A DNA stretch of 64,000 bases from Acidobacteriaceae bacterium (GCA_028283625.1 JAPWKG010000010.1:96-64095), one strand, 5' to 3'. Positions 28,641 through 47,054 are shown, numbered from the stretch's first letter. A program made the numbers and translations. Notes: a model not told the origin generated them from the letters alone.

Positions 28641-30404
28641 ATGTTCCCACTTATGGATGCTTTTTGCGCCTTACGGCGCCTCTGCGTCGTTGTTTTTGTA
28701 CTTTTTGCAGCGGGTCGCGCTTCTGCTCAGTCCACTACGATTGTCATTTCACAGGTATACGGTGCGGGAGGTAACTCAGGAGCCCTCCTGAATGCTGACT
28801 TCGTAGAACTGTTTAACGTCAGCAACTCTACCCAGTCCCTCGATGGCTATGCCATCCAATATGCCGCAGCAGCCAGCACCACACTCCCGACCGTGACTGC
28901 TTTGCCCTCGGGGATCTCGCTCAAGCCCGGCCAGTATTACCTGATCGCCGCAACCGCCGGCACAACTGGCTCCTCGTTCACAGCGGACGATACGGAGAGC
29001 ACAATCGCGTTTGGCGCTGCGGCCGGTAAAGTCTTCCTGACGAATACCACCACCAAGCTCACCAGCGTCTGTCCCGGCTCAGGTGGTTCGGTCGTCGATT
29101 TTGTTGCCTATGGAACTACGGTCAGCTGCTCTGAAGGTGCAGCTTCCGGTGCGAGCGCCGCAGCGCCGGCTACGAGCGCGATCCTTGCGGATATCCGTAA
29201 GAGCAGCTGCACGGACACCGACAACAACGCAGCCGATTTTCAGGCAGTAACGCCTGCTCCGCGTAACAGCTCGACGACTCTGGCGCCGTGCGCACCGGCT
29301 ATCGTCGGCCCGACGCTGACTTCGGCGGCAGCTTCCGCCGCCAGCGTAATTGCAGGCAATCCTGTAACGTTCAGTGTTGTGATTACGCCGGGCACCGGTA
29401 CGCTCAGCACTGAGACGATTAATCTGAGCAGCCTCGGAGGCTCTGCGTCCCAGGCGCTCACCGCAGGCAGCAACGGCAGCTATAGCTACACCTACACCGT
29501 ACCGAGCTCGGTCACGGAAGGCGATTACACCGTGACCTTCACGGCTACGGACTCCAATAGCCTCAGCTCGACAGCCACAGCCTCTCTCAGCGTCCTGGAC
29601 GCGTCGACACCAGCAGCGATTACGAGCGGCACCATCGCCGTATCCAACTCTGCACCGACGCTTGGCGATAAAGTGACCTTCTCCGCTGTCTTTGCCGGAA
29701 ACAAGGGAACACCGGCCGGAACCGTTACGCTCTATGACGGCACCACGGTGCTCGGTACAGGCACCCCGGCCGGCAACGGTACGTGGACCTACACCACGAG
29801 CGACCTTGCTCTGGGGTCACACTCGGTCACCGCGATCTATACCGGTGATCTCGTCTACACCACGCCCTACACCACACCGACGCCTGTGACGCTGACGGTT
29901 TCGCCCGTACCGGTTGCAGACTTCAACCTGCTGCTCGGCAACACAGCGCTCACGGCCTCCGGAACGCTGAAGACCCAGACGATGAGCATCGGTGTACAAG
30001 GCGTGAACGGCTTCAACGACACGGTTTCCTTCTCCTGCACGGGTCTGCCTTCCGGCTCGCACTGCACCTTCTCTCCGGAGAGCGTGACAGGCTCCGGTGG
30101 AACGACGATGACCGTCGCGATCGACAACGCCGCACTGCACCAGAGCTCCCCGCTCAGCAAGCGCGGTGAGGAGACCGTGCTCGCAATTGGACTGCTGGCA
30201 CTTCCCTTCGCACTGCGCCGCCGCACACGTACGCAGCTTGGACGCTTCGGCACACTCGCTGTGGTTCTGGCGTTTGGGCTGACGCTGGCAGGCATTACCG
30301 GTTGCGGTAACGATGGAACGCCGAAGGGCTCCTCCACTGTGACCGTCACCGCGAAGACCGCAAGCGTGACGAAGACCGGAACCTTTACCTTCAACGTACA
30401 GTAA
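28641..30404 (+). CDS. Secreted lamin-tail-domain plus Ig-like repeat surface protein (start approximate)
   Basis: Signal peptide (ASA-Q); 'VISQVYGAGGNSGA...DFVELFN' LTD; Big_3-like 'GTVTLYDG...GSHSVTAIYTGD'; C-terminal TM and GCG module. Confidence 0.85.
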   Translation: MFPLMDAFCALRRLCVVVFVLFAAGRASAQSTTIVISQVYGAGGNSGALLNADFVELFNVSNSTQSLDGYAIQYAAAASTTLPTVTALPSGISLKPGQYYLIAATAGTTGSSFTADDTESTIAFGAAAGKVFLTNTTTKLTSVCPGSGGSVVDFVAYGTTVSCSEGAASGASAAAPATSAILADIRKSSCTDTDNNAADFQAVTPAPRNSSTTLAPCAPAIVGPTLTSAAASAASVIAGNPVTFSVVITPGTGTLSTETINLSSLGGSASQALTAGSNGSYSYTYTVPSSVTEGDYTVTFTATDSNSLSSTATASLSVLDASTPAAITSGTIAVSNSAPTLGDKVTFSAVFAGNKGTPAGTVTLYDGTTVLGTGTPAGNGTWTYTTSDLALGSHSVTAIYTGDLVYTTPYTTPTPVTLTVSPVPVADFNLLLGNTALTASGTLKTQTMSIGVQGVNGFNDTVSFSCTGLPSGSHCTFSPESVTGSGGTTMTVAIDNAALHQSSPLSKRGEETVLAIGLLALPFALRRRTRTQLGRFGTLAVVLAFGLTLAGITGCGNDGTPKGSSTVTVTAKTASVTKTGTFTFNVQ

Positions 30405-30416
30405 CGAGTACTCCAC

Positions 30417-30452
30417 AAACGGCTGCGTCTTCGGGCGCAGCCGTTTTCTTTT
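30417..30452 (+). terminator. Intrinsic terminator
   Basis: aaacggctgcgtc-ttcg-ggcgcagccgttt followed by tctttt. Confidence 0.85.
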
Positions 30453-30492
30453 GCCTGACAACGATCGCCTGCTGCCGGTATGCTTTCCTGCC

Positions 30493-31437
30493 ATGAAGAT
30501 CGCAGCCCTGCTTGCCGTTCCTCTTTCGCTGTTCTGTCTGCACGTCCGCGCACAGCAGAGCCTGCCGCTTTGGCCACACGGCGCCCCTGAAGCAGCCCAA
30601 ACAACCGATACCGAGCAAAGCTCGTACACAACGCGTCCGGGCTTTGCCAACAAACAGTTTGCGTTGGTTTCCAACGTGACGGTGCCGACGCTCAACCTCT
30701 ATCCGGTGCCAGCAGGAATCTCTCCCAGCGGAGCGGCGGTTGTCGTCTTTCCTGGCGGAGGGTATCAGGGCCTGGCAGTCACACTGGAGGGAGAACAACC
30801 CTGTGCCTGGTACAACTCGCTCGGCATCTTCTGTGCCTGGGTGAAGTACCGTGTGCCTTTTGCGACGCACTATCCGCAGAACTTTGCCCAACTGGAAGAT
30901 GCCCAGCAGGCCGTGCGTCTGGTGCGCTCGCACGCTGCGGCCTGGCATCTTGATCCGAAGCGCATCGGCGTGATGGGCTTTTCCGCCGGAGGACATCTGG
31001 CGGTAACGCTCTCACAGCATTACGACGATGCGCGTGTACTCGCTACAGCCGCAGCGAAGGAGGTTGATGCCAGCCTTTCCGCACGCCCTGACTTTGTGCT
31101 GCTCGGCTACCCTGCCTATCTTCCGGTGCCGGCCATGAACGACGATCGGCAACCACCAACCGCCGCGCTCCCTCTGGACCCGGCGTTGCGTCCGAACAAA
31201 AACACCCCGCCGACCTTCATCCTGCAGGCCGCCAATGATGCCCAGTATGTGGATAGCTCCCTGAGCTATGCCACCGCGCTCAAGAATGCAGGCGTGCCGG
31301 TGGAGCTGCTGCTCTACCCGGACGGTGGCCACGGCTTCGGGATGCGTCCTCCGGGGGTCTCACCGGAGGAATGGACCGTTCCCGCAGCAGCCTGGTTACG
31401 CTGGTTGAAGGTGATTCCCGCAGCGGCGTCTCACTAA
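30493..31437 (+). CDS. Secreted alpha/beta hydrolase (esterase)
   Basis: PGGGY oxyanion motif, GFSAGG nucleophile, GGHGFG; signal peptide. Confidence 0.9.
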   Translation: MKIAALLAVPLSLFCLHVRAQQSLPLWPHGAPEAAQTTDTEQSSYTTRPGFANKQFALVSNVTVPTLNLYPVPAGISPSGAAVVVFPGGGYQGLAVTLEGEQPCAWYNSLGIFCAWVKYRVPFATHYPQNFAQLEDAQQAVRLVRSHAAAWHLDPKRIGVMGFSAGGHLAVTLSQHYDDARVLATAAAKEVDASLSARPDFVLLGYPAYLPVPAMNDDRQPPTAALPLDPALRPNKNTPPTFILQAANDAQYVDSSLSYATALKNAGVPVELLLYPDGGHGFGMRPPGVSPEEWTVPAAAWLRWLKVIPAAASH

Positions 31438-32855
31438 AGCGAGACGCCCTGCTCCACCACCGGGTCCACCGGCTCGACACCAAATTGCCCTTCCCATTTG
31501 GCGACCACGACGCTGGCCAGACAGTTGCCCACCACATTCACCATGGTGCGGGCCATGTCCATCAGCGCGTCGATGCCGAGGATGACAAAGATTGGTGCTT
31601 CGGGAAGATTGAAGGTTGCCGCCGTAGCAAGCAGAACGACCAGTGTTGCGCGCGGTACACCAGCGACCCCTTTGCTGGTGAGCACCAGCGTCGCCATCAT
31701 GACCAGCTGCTGCCCCACCGAAAGATGCACATTCGCCGCCTGCGCCACAAAGATGCTCGCCACTGCTAGATACAGCGTTGAGCCATCGAGGTTGAAGCTG
31801 TATCCGGCAGGGATGACAAAGGCAACGATTCGGCGCGGCACGCCGAGTGCTTCCATCTGCTCCATGGCTCGCGGCAGAGCAGCCTCGCTGGTCGCCGTGG
31901 CAAACGCAATGGTGGCAGGCTCGGCAACCGCGGCGATGAAACGTGCCACGGGAACGCGGAAGAGCAGTGCCGCCGGCAAAAGCACCACCACGGCAAAGAT
32001 CGCGAGCGCACCGTAGAGCGTGAGCAGCAGCTTGCCCAGATTCACCAACACGCCAAGCCCCATGTTGCCGACGGTGTACGCCATCGCGGCGCCGACACCG
32101 ATCGGAGCAAAGTACATGACAACGTTAGTGAAACGGAACATCACCTCAGCAAGGCTTTCGCAGAGACGCATCACGGGTGCGCGCTTGCTTTCGCTCAAGC
32201 TTGCCAAAGCAATGGCGAAGATGATCGCAAAGACCGCAACCTGAAGGATCTGGCCATCGGCGATGCTTTTGGCGAGGTTCTCCGGAAACATGTGCAGCAG
32301 AACATCATTCCAGTGCTGCGGCGCGGGCTTGCTGACGGTAGCAGCAACGGTTTTGGCTGTTGCCGGGAAGCTGAGACCGACGCCAGCGTGCGTTACGTTG
32401 ATGGCGATAAGGCCGATGGCCAACGCCAGAGTCGTAACCACTTCAAAGTAGACGATGGCCTTAATGCCCATGCGCCCCACGCTCTTCAGGTCTCCGTGGC
32501 CAGCGATACCGACCACCAGCGTGGCGAGAATCAGAGGAGCCACGATGGTCTTAATGAGACGCAGGAAGATGTCGGAGAAGACCTTCAGCTGCGTGGAGAA
32601 GTGCGGGGCATCAAACCCCAGCTCCGCGCCGACAATCATCGCAACAAAGATCCACGGCGTGAGGCTCTTGCGACGGATCCCAAACCAGACCAGCCCAAGC
32701 AGACCGACCCAGCGCAATGTGCAACCGGCCGCAGCCAGAGCAAACCCAGCGTGGTGCATGTGCAGCGCAATCGCCTGCAGCGCAGCGCCCAAACCTAATC
32801 CAACGATCCCGACCGCGATCGCCGTCAGCTCTTTTCTTCCCATTCTCTTCGGCAT
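31434..32855 (-). CDS. Dicarboxylate/amino acid:cation symporter (DAACS; DctA/GltP-like)
   Basis: FLRLIK, TSEAALP, GYSFNLDGS, SKGVAGVP and DMART.NVVGN motifs. Confidence 0.93.
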   Translation of the reverse strand: MPKRMGRKELTAIAVGIVGLGLGAALQAIALHMHHAGFALAAAGCTLRWVGLLGLVWFGIRRKSLTPWIFVAMIVGAELGFDAPHFSTQLKVFSDIFLRLIKTIVAPLILATLVVGIAGHGDLKSVGRMGIKAIVYFEVVTTLALAIGLIAINVTHAGVGLSFPATAKTVAATVSKPAPQHWNDVLLHMFPENLAKSIADGQILQVAVFAIIFAIALASLSESKRAPVMRLCESLAEVMFRFTNVVMYFAPIGVGAAMAYTVGNMGLGVLVNLGKLLLTLYGALAIFAVVVLLPAALLFRVPVARFIAAVAEPATIAFATATSEAALPRAMEQMEALGVPRRIVAFVIPAGYSFNLDGSTLYLAVASIFVAQAANVHLSVGQQLVMMATLVLTSKGVAGVPRATLVVLLATAATFNLPEAPIFVILGIDALMDMARTMVNVVGNCLASVVVAKWEGQFGVEPVDPVVEQGVSL

Positions 32856-32900
32856 GTTCTGTGTAGGGTGAGGATACCAGCCAAGCCGTACAATCGCCGC

Positions 32901-33431
32901 ATGAACGGTCGTTATGCTGTAGCACTCGGTCTTGTCCTCTTCGCTTCTGCCGCCCGGATTCCGGCGCAGATGCTGGCTCCCCAGACGGCGATGCCCGATC
33001 CGCTGACGACGCCCACCCTGACTCCCGGGCAACAGACGCTTTATAAGCTGGAGGCCGACTTCGCCGCCGATGTCGCGCGCTCAGGCGGAAGCGCCTTCGC
33101 GCGTTGGTTCGCGGAGGATGGTGTCATTCTGCCGAACGCCAAGGCCGCGATCATGGGCCTGCATGCGGTGTCCGGTTACGCGCAGTGGGACCCGAAGCAG
33201 TACCAACTGAGCTGGACACCGGATGGCGCACAGATGGATCCAGGCGGCGACAGCGGCTTCACCTGGGGACATTACGCAGGCAAAACGCACGATCAACAAG
33301 GCTCCCCGGTCACGGTGGAAGGACGCTACATCACGGTGTGGAAGAAGACCGCAGGAGCCTGGAAGGTAGCACTCGATGCCTCAGCCGAAGATGCGCCGGC
33401 AACCGACTGCTGCTCTTTGCCCAAGCCCTAA
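32901..33431 (+). CDS. Secreted NTF2-like (DUF4440/YybH) protein
   Basis: 'LSWTP...GD.GFTWG.Y...GRYITVWKK...WKVALD' pattern. Confidence 0.85.
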   Translation: MNGRYAVALGLVLFASAARIPAQMLAPQTAMPDPLTTPTLTPGQQTLYKLEADFAADVARSGGSAFARWFAEDGVILPNAKAAIMGLHAVSGYAQWDPKQYQLSWTPDGAQMDPGGDSGFTWGHYAGKTHDQQGSPVTVEGRYITVWKKTAGAWKVALDASAEDAPATDCCSLPKP

Positions 33432-33510
33432 CAGCGTGCTGGGAGCTGTCGAATCAGCTGGCCTGCACTCTCCACAGGCTGTTAACTACTTCATCAATAA
33501 AGGCCATTAC

Positions 33511-33519
33511 TTATCCACA
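33511..33519 (+). promoter_or_regulatory. Perfect DnaA box
   Basis: TTATCCACA in intergenic DNA; degenerate CTCTCCACA at 33468. Confidence 0.4.
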
Positions 33520-33609
33520 ATTCAGGTTACTAGTGGTGACTTTTGTTCGGTCCCTTTGCCTGAAAGTGGGACTGCCCATCGTGCAACTGGTTCTCTATCC
33601 TCAATTTAG

Positions 33610-36168
33610 ATGTTGATGTCGACCTTGCACGAAAGCGAAGAAACACGTCTCGCCGCGCTTGAGCACTATGCGTTGGACGAACTGCCACGCGATCCTGCGT
33701 ACGACGACATTGCACGGTTGGCGGCCCAGATCACGAATTCTCCGGTAGCCATTGTTACCGTGCTGGAGCAGGACCGCATCAGGATTCTGGGGCAGCACGG
33801 CACCGAACTTGACGTAATGCCGCGGCAGAGTCTGCCATGCGAAGCCACGATCTTCAGCGATGGGGTGTATCAGATTCAGGACTCGCGGCGCGATCCGCTG
33901 TACTCTCTGGGCGGCATCCCGCTCGGAGATCGCCGCTATCGCTTTTATGCCGGCGTGCCGGTGCTTACCCCGCACCAGGTTGCGATCGGCACATTGGCAG
34001 TTCTGGATACCACCGCGCGCAGGCTGACGCTCCAGCAGATTGATGCTCTGGAAAGTCTCTCGCACATGGCGACGACGCGCCTGGAGTTAAGCGTGCGTGC
34101 GCGCCAGCGAGAGAGCGCAACGCGGGCACAGATGCGCGTTGAAACCGCGCTCACCGTGGAACGTAACTTCGTGTCCGCGGTGCTCGATACCGTTGGGGCC
34201 CTGGTGGTGGTCTTCGATACTGCAGGTCGCATCGTGCGCTTCAACCGGGCCTGCGAGATCATCTCCGGCTACAACTCCTCGGAACTGCTGGGCAAGTATG
34301 CCTGGGAGCGGTTGATTCCGGAGGAAGATGTTCCGGGCTACATCGAAAGCTTTGAGCGGATTCGCAACGGTGAGTTCCCCACCGCCTATGAGAATTACTG
34401 GACCGCCGCAGATGGAACACGCCGCCATATCGCGTGGTCGGCCACAGCGCTGGTGGATTCTCACGGCGATGTGAACTTCATCATCGGTACAGGCATTGAT
34501 GTGACGGTGCAGCGCACCGCAGAGACCGCGATTCGTGAATCGGAGTCCCGTTACCGGCAGATTGTCGAAGGCTCGCTGGGCATGGTGTGCACGCATGACC
34601 TTTCAGGCATGGTGCTCTCGATCAATGACTTTGGCGCGCACCTGGCCAATCGCCGCGTAGAAGACGTTATCGGGCATCCGTTGCAGGAGTTCATCGCTCC
34701 AGCCCGCCAGCCGCTGCTGGAACCCTACTTCCGCGCCTTGCTGGAGCACGGCGAGGCGCGTGGTCTGCTGTACCTGCTGCAGCCTGACGGCAGTGAGCGT
34801 GTGATTGCGTACCGCAACCGTTTGGTCGAGCCACAGAACGAGAACCGTTACGTGCTCGGCTTTGGCATCGACATTACGGAACAGATCCGGGCAGAAGACT
34901 CCCTGCGCTCGCTGATCCGGCAATCGAACTCCGTGCTGGAGTCGGTCGGCGACGGCATCTACGGTATCGACCTGGAAGGCCGCTGCACGATTGTGAACAG
35001 CGCGGCGGCGCAGATGCTGGGTTACCGTCCGGAAGAGCTGCTCGGCCGCAAGATGCATGATCTGATCCACCATACGCGCCTGGACGGCACACCCTACCCT
35101 GAGCAGGAGTGCCCGATTCAGGCAACGGTCGTCGACATGACTTCGATCCGCGTGGCCAAAGAGATCTTCTGGCGTAAGGATGGCAGCAGCTTCCCGGTCG
35201 AGTACGTGGCGCGCCCGCAGGTGGAAGGCGATGAGAGCTCTACGCGCAAGACGCTACAGCCAGCGGCCGGTGCCTCCACGGACTCCGCAGTGAACCTGAG
35301 CACGGCAAGCGGCGCCGAGATTGTAGCTCTGCCTCCGGTACACCCCGCGGGTGCGCCGGAAGCGGCTGCGCCCCGATCACAGGCCTCCATTGAAGGCCGC
35401 GCCGTGGGTGTCGTCGTGGCCTTCACGGACATTTCGGAACGCAATCAGCTCGACCGGATGAAGGATGAGTTTATCTCCACGGTTTCCCACGAGCTACGCA
35501 CACCGCTGACATCTCTGCGAGCAGCGCTGGGCCTCCTGGGGGGCGGCGTGTTGAACTCAAAGCCGGAGAAGATGCGGCAGATGATGGAGATTGCGATCGG
35601 GAACACGGATCGCCTGATCCGCCTGGTAAACGACATCCTCGACCTCGAACGCATTGGCTCTGGCAAGGCCGAGCTGCGACAGACACAGTGCTCGGTCAAC
35701 GAGCTCTTTGAACGAACAACCTCCCTGCTGACCGCAACCGCGCAGAAGAGCAATATTCGCTTTACGCTGGAGGCCAATGACGTACAGGTATGGGCGGATC
35801 CGGACCGGATCCTGCAGACACTGACCAACCTGGTGTCGAACGCCATCAAGTTCTCTCCGCCCGCGTCCACGATTCCGAGCGAGATTGTGTTGCGCGCGCA
35901 TAGGGTTACGCCGGAAGAAGCGCTCATCGAAGTGCAGGATCATGGACGAGGGATTCCGGAAGACAAACTGCAGCAGATCTTCGAACGTTTCCGCCAGGTG
36001 GATGCCTCGGATTCGCGCACGATGGGCGGCACAGGGCTGGGTCTGGCGATTTGCCGCAGCATTGTGCAGCAGCACGGAGGGCATATCTGGGCCAGCAGCA
36101 GGCTAGGCGAAGGCTCGACCTTCCACTTCACGCTGCCGACGCGTCCCCATGGCCATCTTGGCGCTTAA
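33610..36168 (+). CDS. Cytoplasmic GAF-PAS-PAS-PAS sensor histidine kinase
   Basis: GAF 'RFYAGVP', three PAS/PAC units, SHELRTPL H-box, NAIKF, DHGRG and GTGLGL. Confidence 0.93.
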   Translation: MLMSTLHESEETRLAALEHYALDELPRDPAYDDIARLAAQITNSPVAIVTVLEQDRIRILGQHGTELDVMPRQSLPCEATIFSDGVYQIQDSRRDPLYSLGGIPLGDRRYRFYAGVPVLTPHQVAIGTLAVLDTTARRLTLQQIDALESLSHMATTRLELSVRARQRESATRAQMRVETALTVERNFVSAVLDTVGALVVVFDTAGRIVRFNRACEIISGYNSSELLGKYAWERLIPEEDVPGYIESFERIRNGEFPTAYENYWTAADGTRRHIAWSATALVDSHGDVNFIIGTGIDVTVQRTAETAIRESESRYRQIVEGSLGMVCTHDLSGMVLSINDFGAHLANRRVEDVIGHPLQEFIAPARQPLLEPYFRALLEHGEARGLLYLLQPDGSERVIAYRNRLVEPQNENRYVLGFGIDITEQIRAEDSLRSLIRQSNSVLESVGDGIYGIDLEGRCTIVNSAAAQMLGYRPEELLGRKMHDLIHHTRLDGTPYPEQECPIQATVVDMTSIRVAKEIFWRKDGSSFPVEYVARPQVEGDESSTRKTLQPAAGASTDSAVNLSTASGAEIVALPPVHPAGAPEAAAPRSQASIEGRAVGVVVAFTDISERNQLDRMKDEFISTVSHELRTPLTSLRAALGLLGGGVLNSKPEKMRQMMEIAIGNTDRLIRLVNDILDLERIGSGKAELRQTQCSVNELFERTTSLLTATAQKSNIRFTLEANDVQVWADPDRILQTLTNLVSNAIKFSPPASTIPSEIVLRAHRVTPEEALIEVQDHGRGIPEDKLQQIFERFRQVDASDSRTMGGTGLGLAICRSIVQQHGGHIWASSRLGEGSTFHFTLPTRPHGHLGA

Positions 36169-36199
36169 ACAGGCATAGCCCGGCCGTATACTGGCGTGC

Positions 36200-37036
36200 A
36201 TGAAAGCTCTTCGTGCTCTTTGTGCTGCAGTTCTTTGCCTCTCTGTGTCTGCACCGGCATGGGGTTGGGGGCGTACCGGACATAGGCTTGTTGCGGAAGT
36301 TGCCTGGGACCACCTGACGCCGGAAGCCAGAGCGCAGGTGCAGGCCTTATTGGGCAAAGAAAGTCTGGGTGATGTGGCCTCCTGGGCAGACGCCTACCTC
36401 GCGGGAAATCGCCAGACCGGCTTCTGGCATTACGTAAACGTTCCCCCCGGGATGACCTATGATCGTGATCGCGATTGCCAGACGCAGCCCGGAGTTACGC
36501 TCGGCTCGCACGCCGATAAATGGCGTGACTGTGTGGTGGATCGCATTCCCTACAACCTGGAACGGCTACACGACACCTCGCTGGATACGGCAGATCGCGC
36601 CATCGCGCTGAAGTTCGTCGTGCATCTGGTGGGCGATGAGCACCAGCCGTATCACGTCTACGGACTGGGCCGCGGCGCAAACGATATCCCCGTAACCGTC
36701 TTCGGAGAGGAAAACGGCAAGTGGGGGCACCACGAGCTACACGAGGTTTGGGATGACGGCCTGATCGACCACGCACACCGGGACGATGCAGCCTGGCTCA
36801 AACTGCTGGAACAACAGATCAGGGACAAGCACCTGGAAGCAGGTGAAGGCGATGCGGTGGCGTGGGCCAAGGAATCGCAAGATCTTGCAGGTAAAGCGCT
36901 GGTGCTGCCTGGAAGCGACATCGATGAGGCGTACTACGAGAAGTACCTCCCTGAGGTTGAAACACGGCTGGAACTAGCGGGACTGCGACTAGCCAGGTTA
37001 CTGAACGAAGCCCTCGCAACACCTCCCGCCAAGTAA
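36200..37036 (+). CDS. Secreted S1/P1 nuclease
   Basis: Signal peptide then WG..GH, WAD, WHY, H.VGD.HQP.H and LHEVWD zinc ligands. Confidence 0.92.
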   Translation: MKALRALCAAVLCLSVSAPAWGWGRTGHRLVAEVAWDHLTPEARAQVQALLGKESLGDVASWADAYLAGNRQTGFWHYVNVPPGMTYDRDRDCQTQPGVTLGSHADKWRDCVVDRIPYNLERLHDTSLDTADRAIALKFVVHLVGDEHQPYHVYGLGRGANDIPVTVFGEENGKWGHHELHEVWDDGLIDHAHRDDAAWLKLLEQQIRDKHLEAGEGDAVAWAKESQDLAGKALVLPGSDIDEAYYEKYLPEVETRLELAGLRLARLLNEALATPPAK

Positions 37037-37083
37037 CGCGAACCCAACGATTCTTCTCGATTACAGTTTTACGGAACAAAGCA

Positions 37084-37113
37084 GAAGGGCGGACTCTTTC
37101 GAGTCCGCCCTTC
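37084..37113. terminator. Bidirectional terminator ending rpoC and the nuclease gene
   Basis: gaagggcggactc-tttc-gagtccgcccttc. Confidence 0.85.
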
Positions 37114-37138
37114 GTGTTTCCGGTGTGAGAGTGCAGTG

Positions 37139-41329
<4,191 letters not shown>

Positions 41330-41545
41330 ATTTTTCTCTCCGTTGCAGTGCGTTGCTCGATACCAACTTTGTACTTCGCTCTGTCATGGACTCAGAGCCT
41401 GTTGCGAGCTTCGCTGCTGTCGTACTGCTGCATTGCAGGCGGCGCGCTGTTCTGCGGACCGCGGATTCTCAGGGGTCATCGTCCTTCTCTCCGGCTCCTC
41501 CCTGCCGTTACGCAAGCTCAGGAGGAGCGGAGATGGACGGAGTAC

Positions 41546-46048
<4,503 letters not shown>

Positions 46049-46572
46049 GGGCTCTCCTGTTGCTTATCTCGAGGAGGCTGCCGGTTCCGGGTGAAAGAAC
46101 TGGCCGCCTGGACTTCTTTTTGCGCCATTCCGGCTCTATCGCTCCTCGTGACGATAGGGCCTCAGCGCAGGGTGATACTCCCCGCGAAGCATTCTGCGAG
46201 GTCGAAACTTGTGGCTAAATGCCTAAGAGACTTGCACTGCTGCAGTGGCAGCGCGCGACGGGGTTGAACTGAATCCGCAAACGCCAAAAACGCCTTGGAG
46301 ACAGGTCGTCCCAAGAGCGCCGGTAAAACCGTTGCACTGAACTATTAAAGAAAGACGTATAAAAGCCGCCTCTGAAAGCTTGGCCGAGCTCTCAAGATTT
46401 GCGCTGGGATGTCAGGTTACACCTTCTGGTTCCGCCGCCCGAACCAAACGATGACCGGTTCCGTAGCCTGCTCAGCATTGCCAGGATGAACCGGGGTACT
46501 ACAAAGGTCTCGATCGAAATCTGGGGTAAAACGAGGCGCACGCCGAGGCAGCCGCAAATCTCCCCATGGAAG

Positions 46573-46601
46573 AGGATACCGCGACAACGCCCTACGTGCA
46601 A
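46573..46601 (-). promoter_or_regulatory. Sigma70-like promoter for rpoBC
   Basis: TTGCAC-17 nt-TATCCT immediately downstream of the rplL terminator. Confidence 0.6.
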
Positions 46602-46616
46602 GTCGTGTATATCAAA

Positions 46617-46650
46617 CGCAAGAAAGGCAGAGCCGAAGCCCTGCCTTTCC
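46617..46650 (-). terminator. Terminator or attenuator after rplL
   Basis: Minus strand gaaaggcagggc-ttcg-gctctgcctttc followed by ttgc. Confidence 0.8.
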
Positions 46651-46679
46651 AATGAGTTCCGTAACGCTGCAAAAGCAGG

Positions 46680-47054
46680 TTACTTGAGCTCAACAGCTGC
46701 AATGCCGTCAAACTTCTTGGCAATTGCCTGTGCGTCTTCCTTGGAAACGTTCTCCTTCAGGGGCTTGGGAGCACCGTCAACCAGGTCCTTCGCTTCCTTC
46801 AGGCCAAGACCGGTGACTTCGCGCACAGCCTTGATGGTGTTGATCTTGTTTGCGCCGGCTTCCTTCAGGACGACCGTGAACTCGGTCTTCTCTTCTGCAG
46901 CCGGAGCAGCAGCGCCGCCGCCAGCCGGGGCCGCTGCAACTGCAGCAGCTGCGGCCGAAACGCCGAGACGCTCTTCGAGCTTCTTTACCAGCTCAGCCGC
47001 TTCGAGGAGGCTGAGCGAAACGATCTGATCTTCAATCTGCTGGATATCCGCCAT
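46680..47054 (-). CDS. rplL: 50S ribosomal protein L7/L12
   Basis: [19 protein letters not shown]. Confidence 0.98.
   Translation of the reverse strand: MADIQQIEDQIVSLSLLEAAELVKKLEERLGVSAAAAAVAAAPAGGGAAAPAAEEKTEFTVVLKEAGANKINTIKAVREVTGLGLKEAKDLVDGAPKPLKENVSKEDAQAIAKKFDGIAAVELK

Noticed and set aside
33440-33605. Replication origin
   Set aside because: Only one perfect DnaA box, a short region, and no dnaA, dnaN or gidA context.
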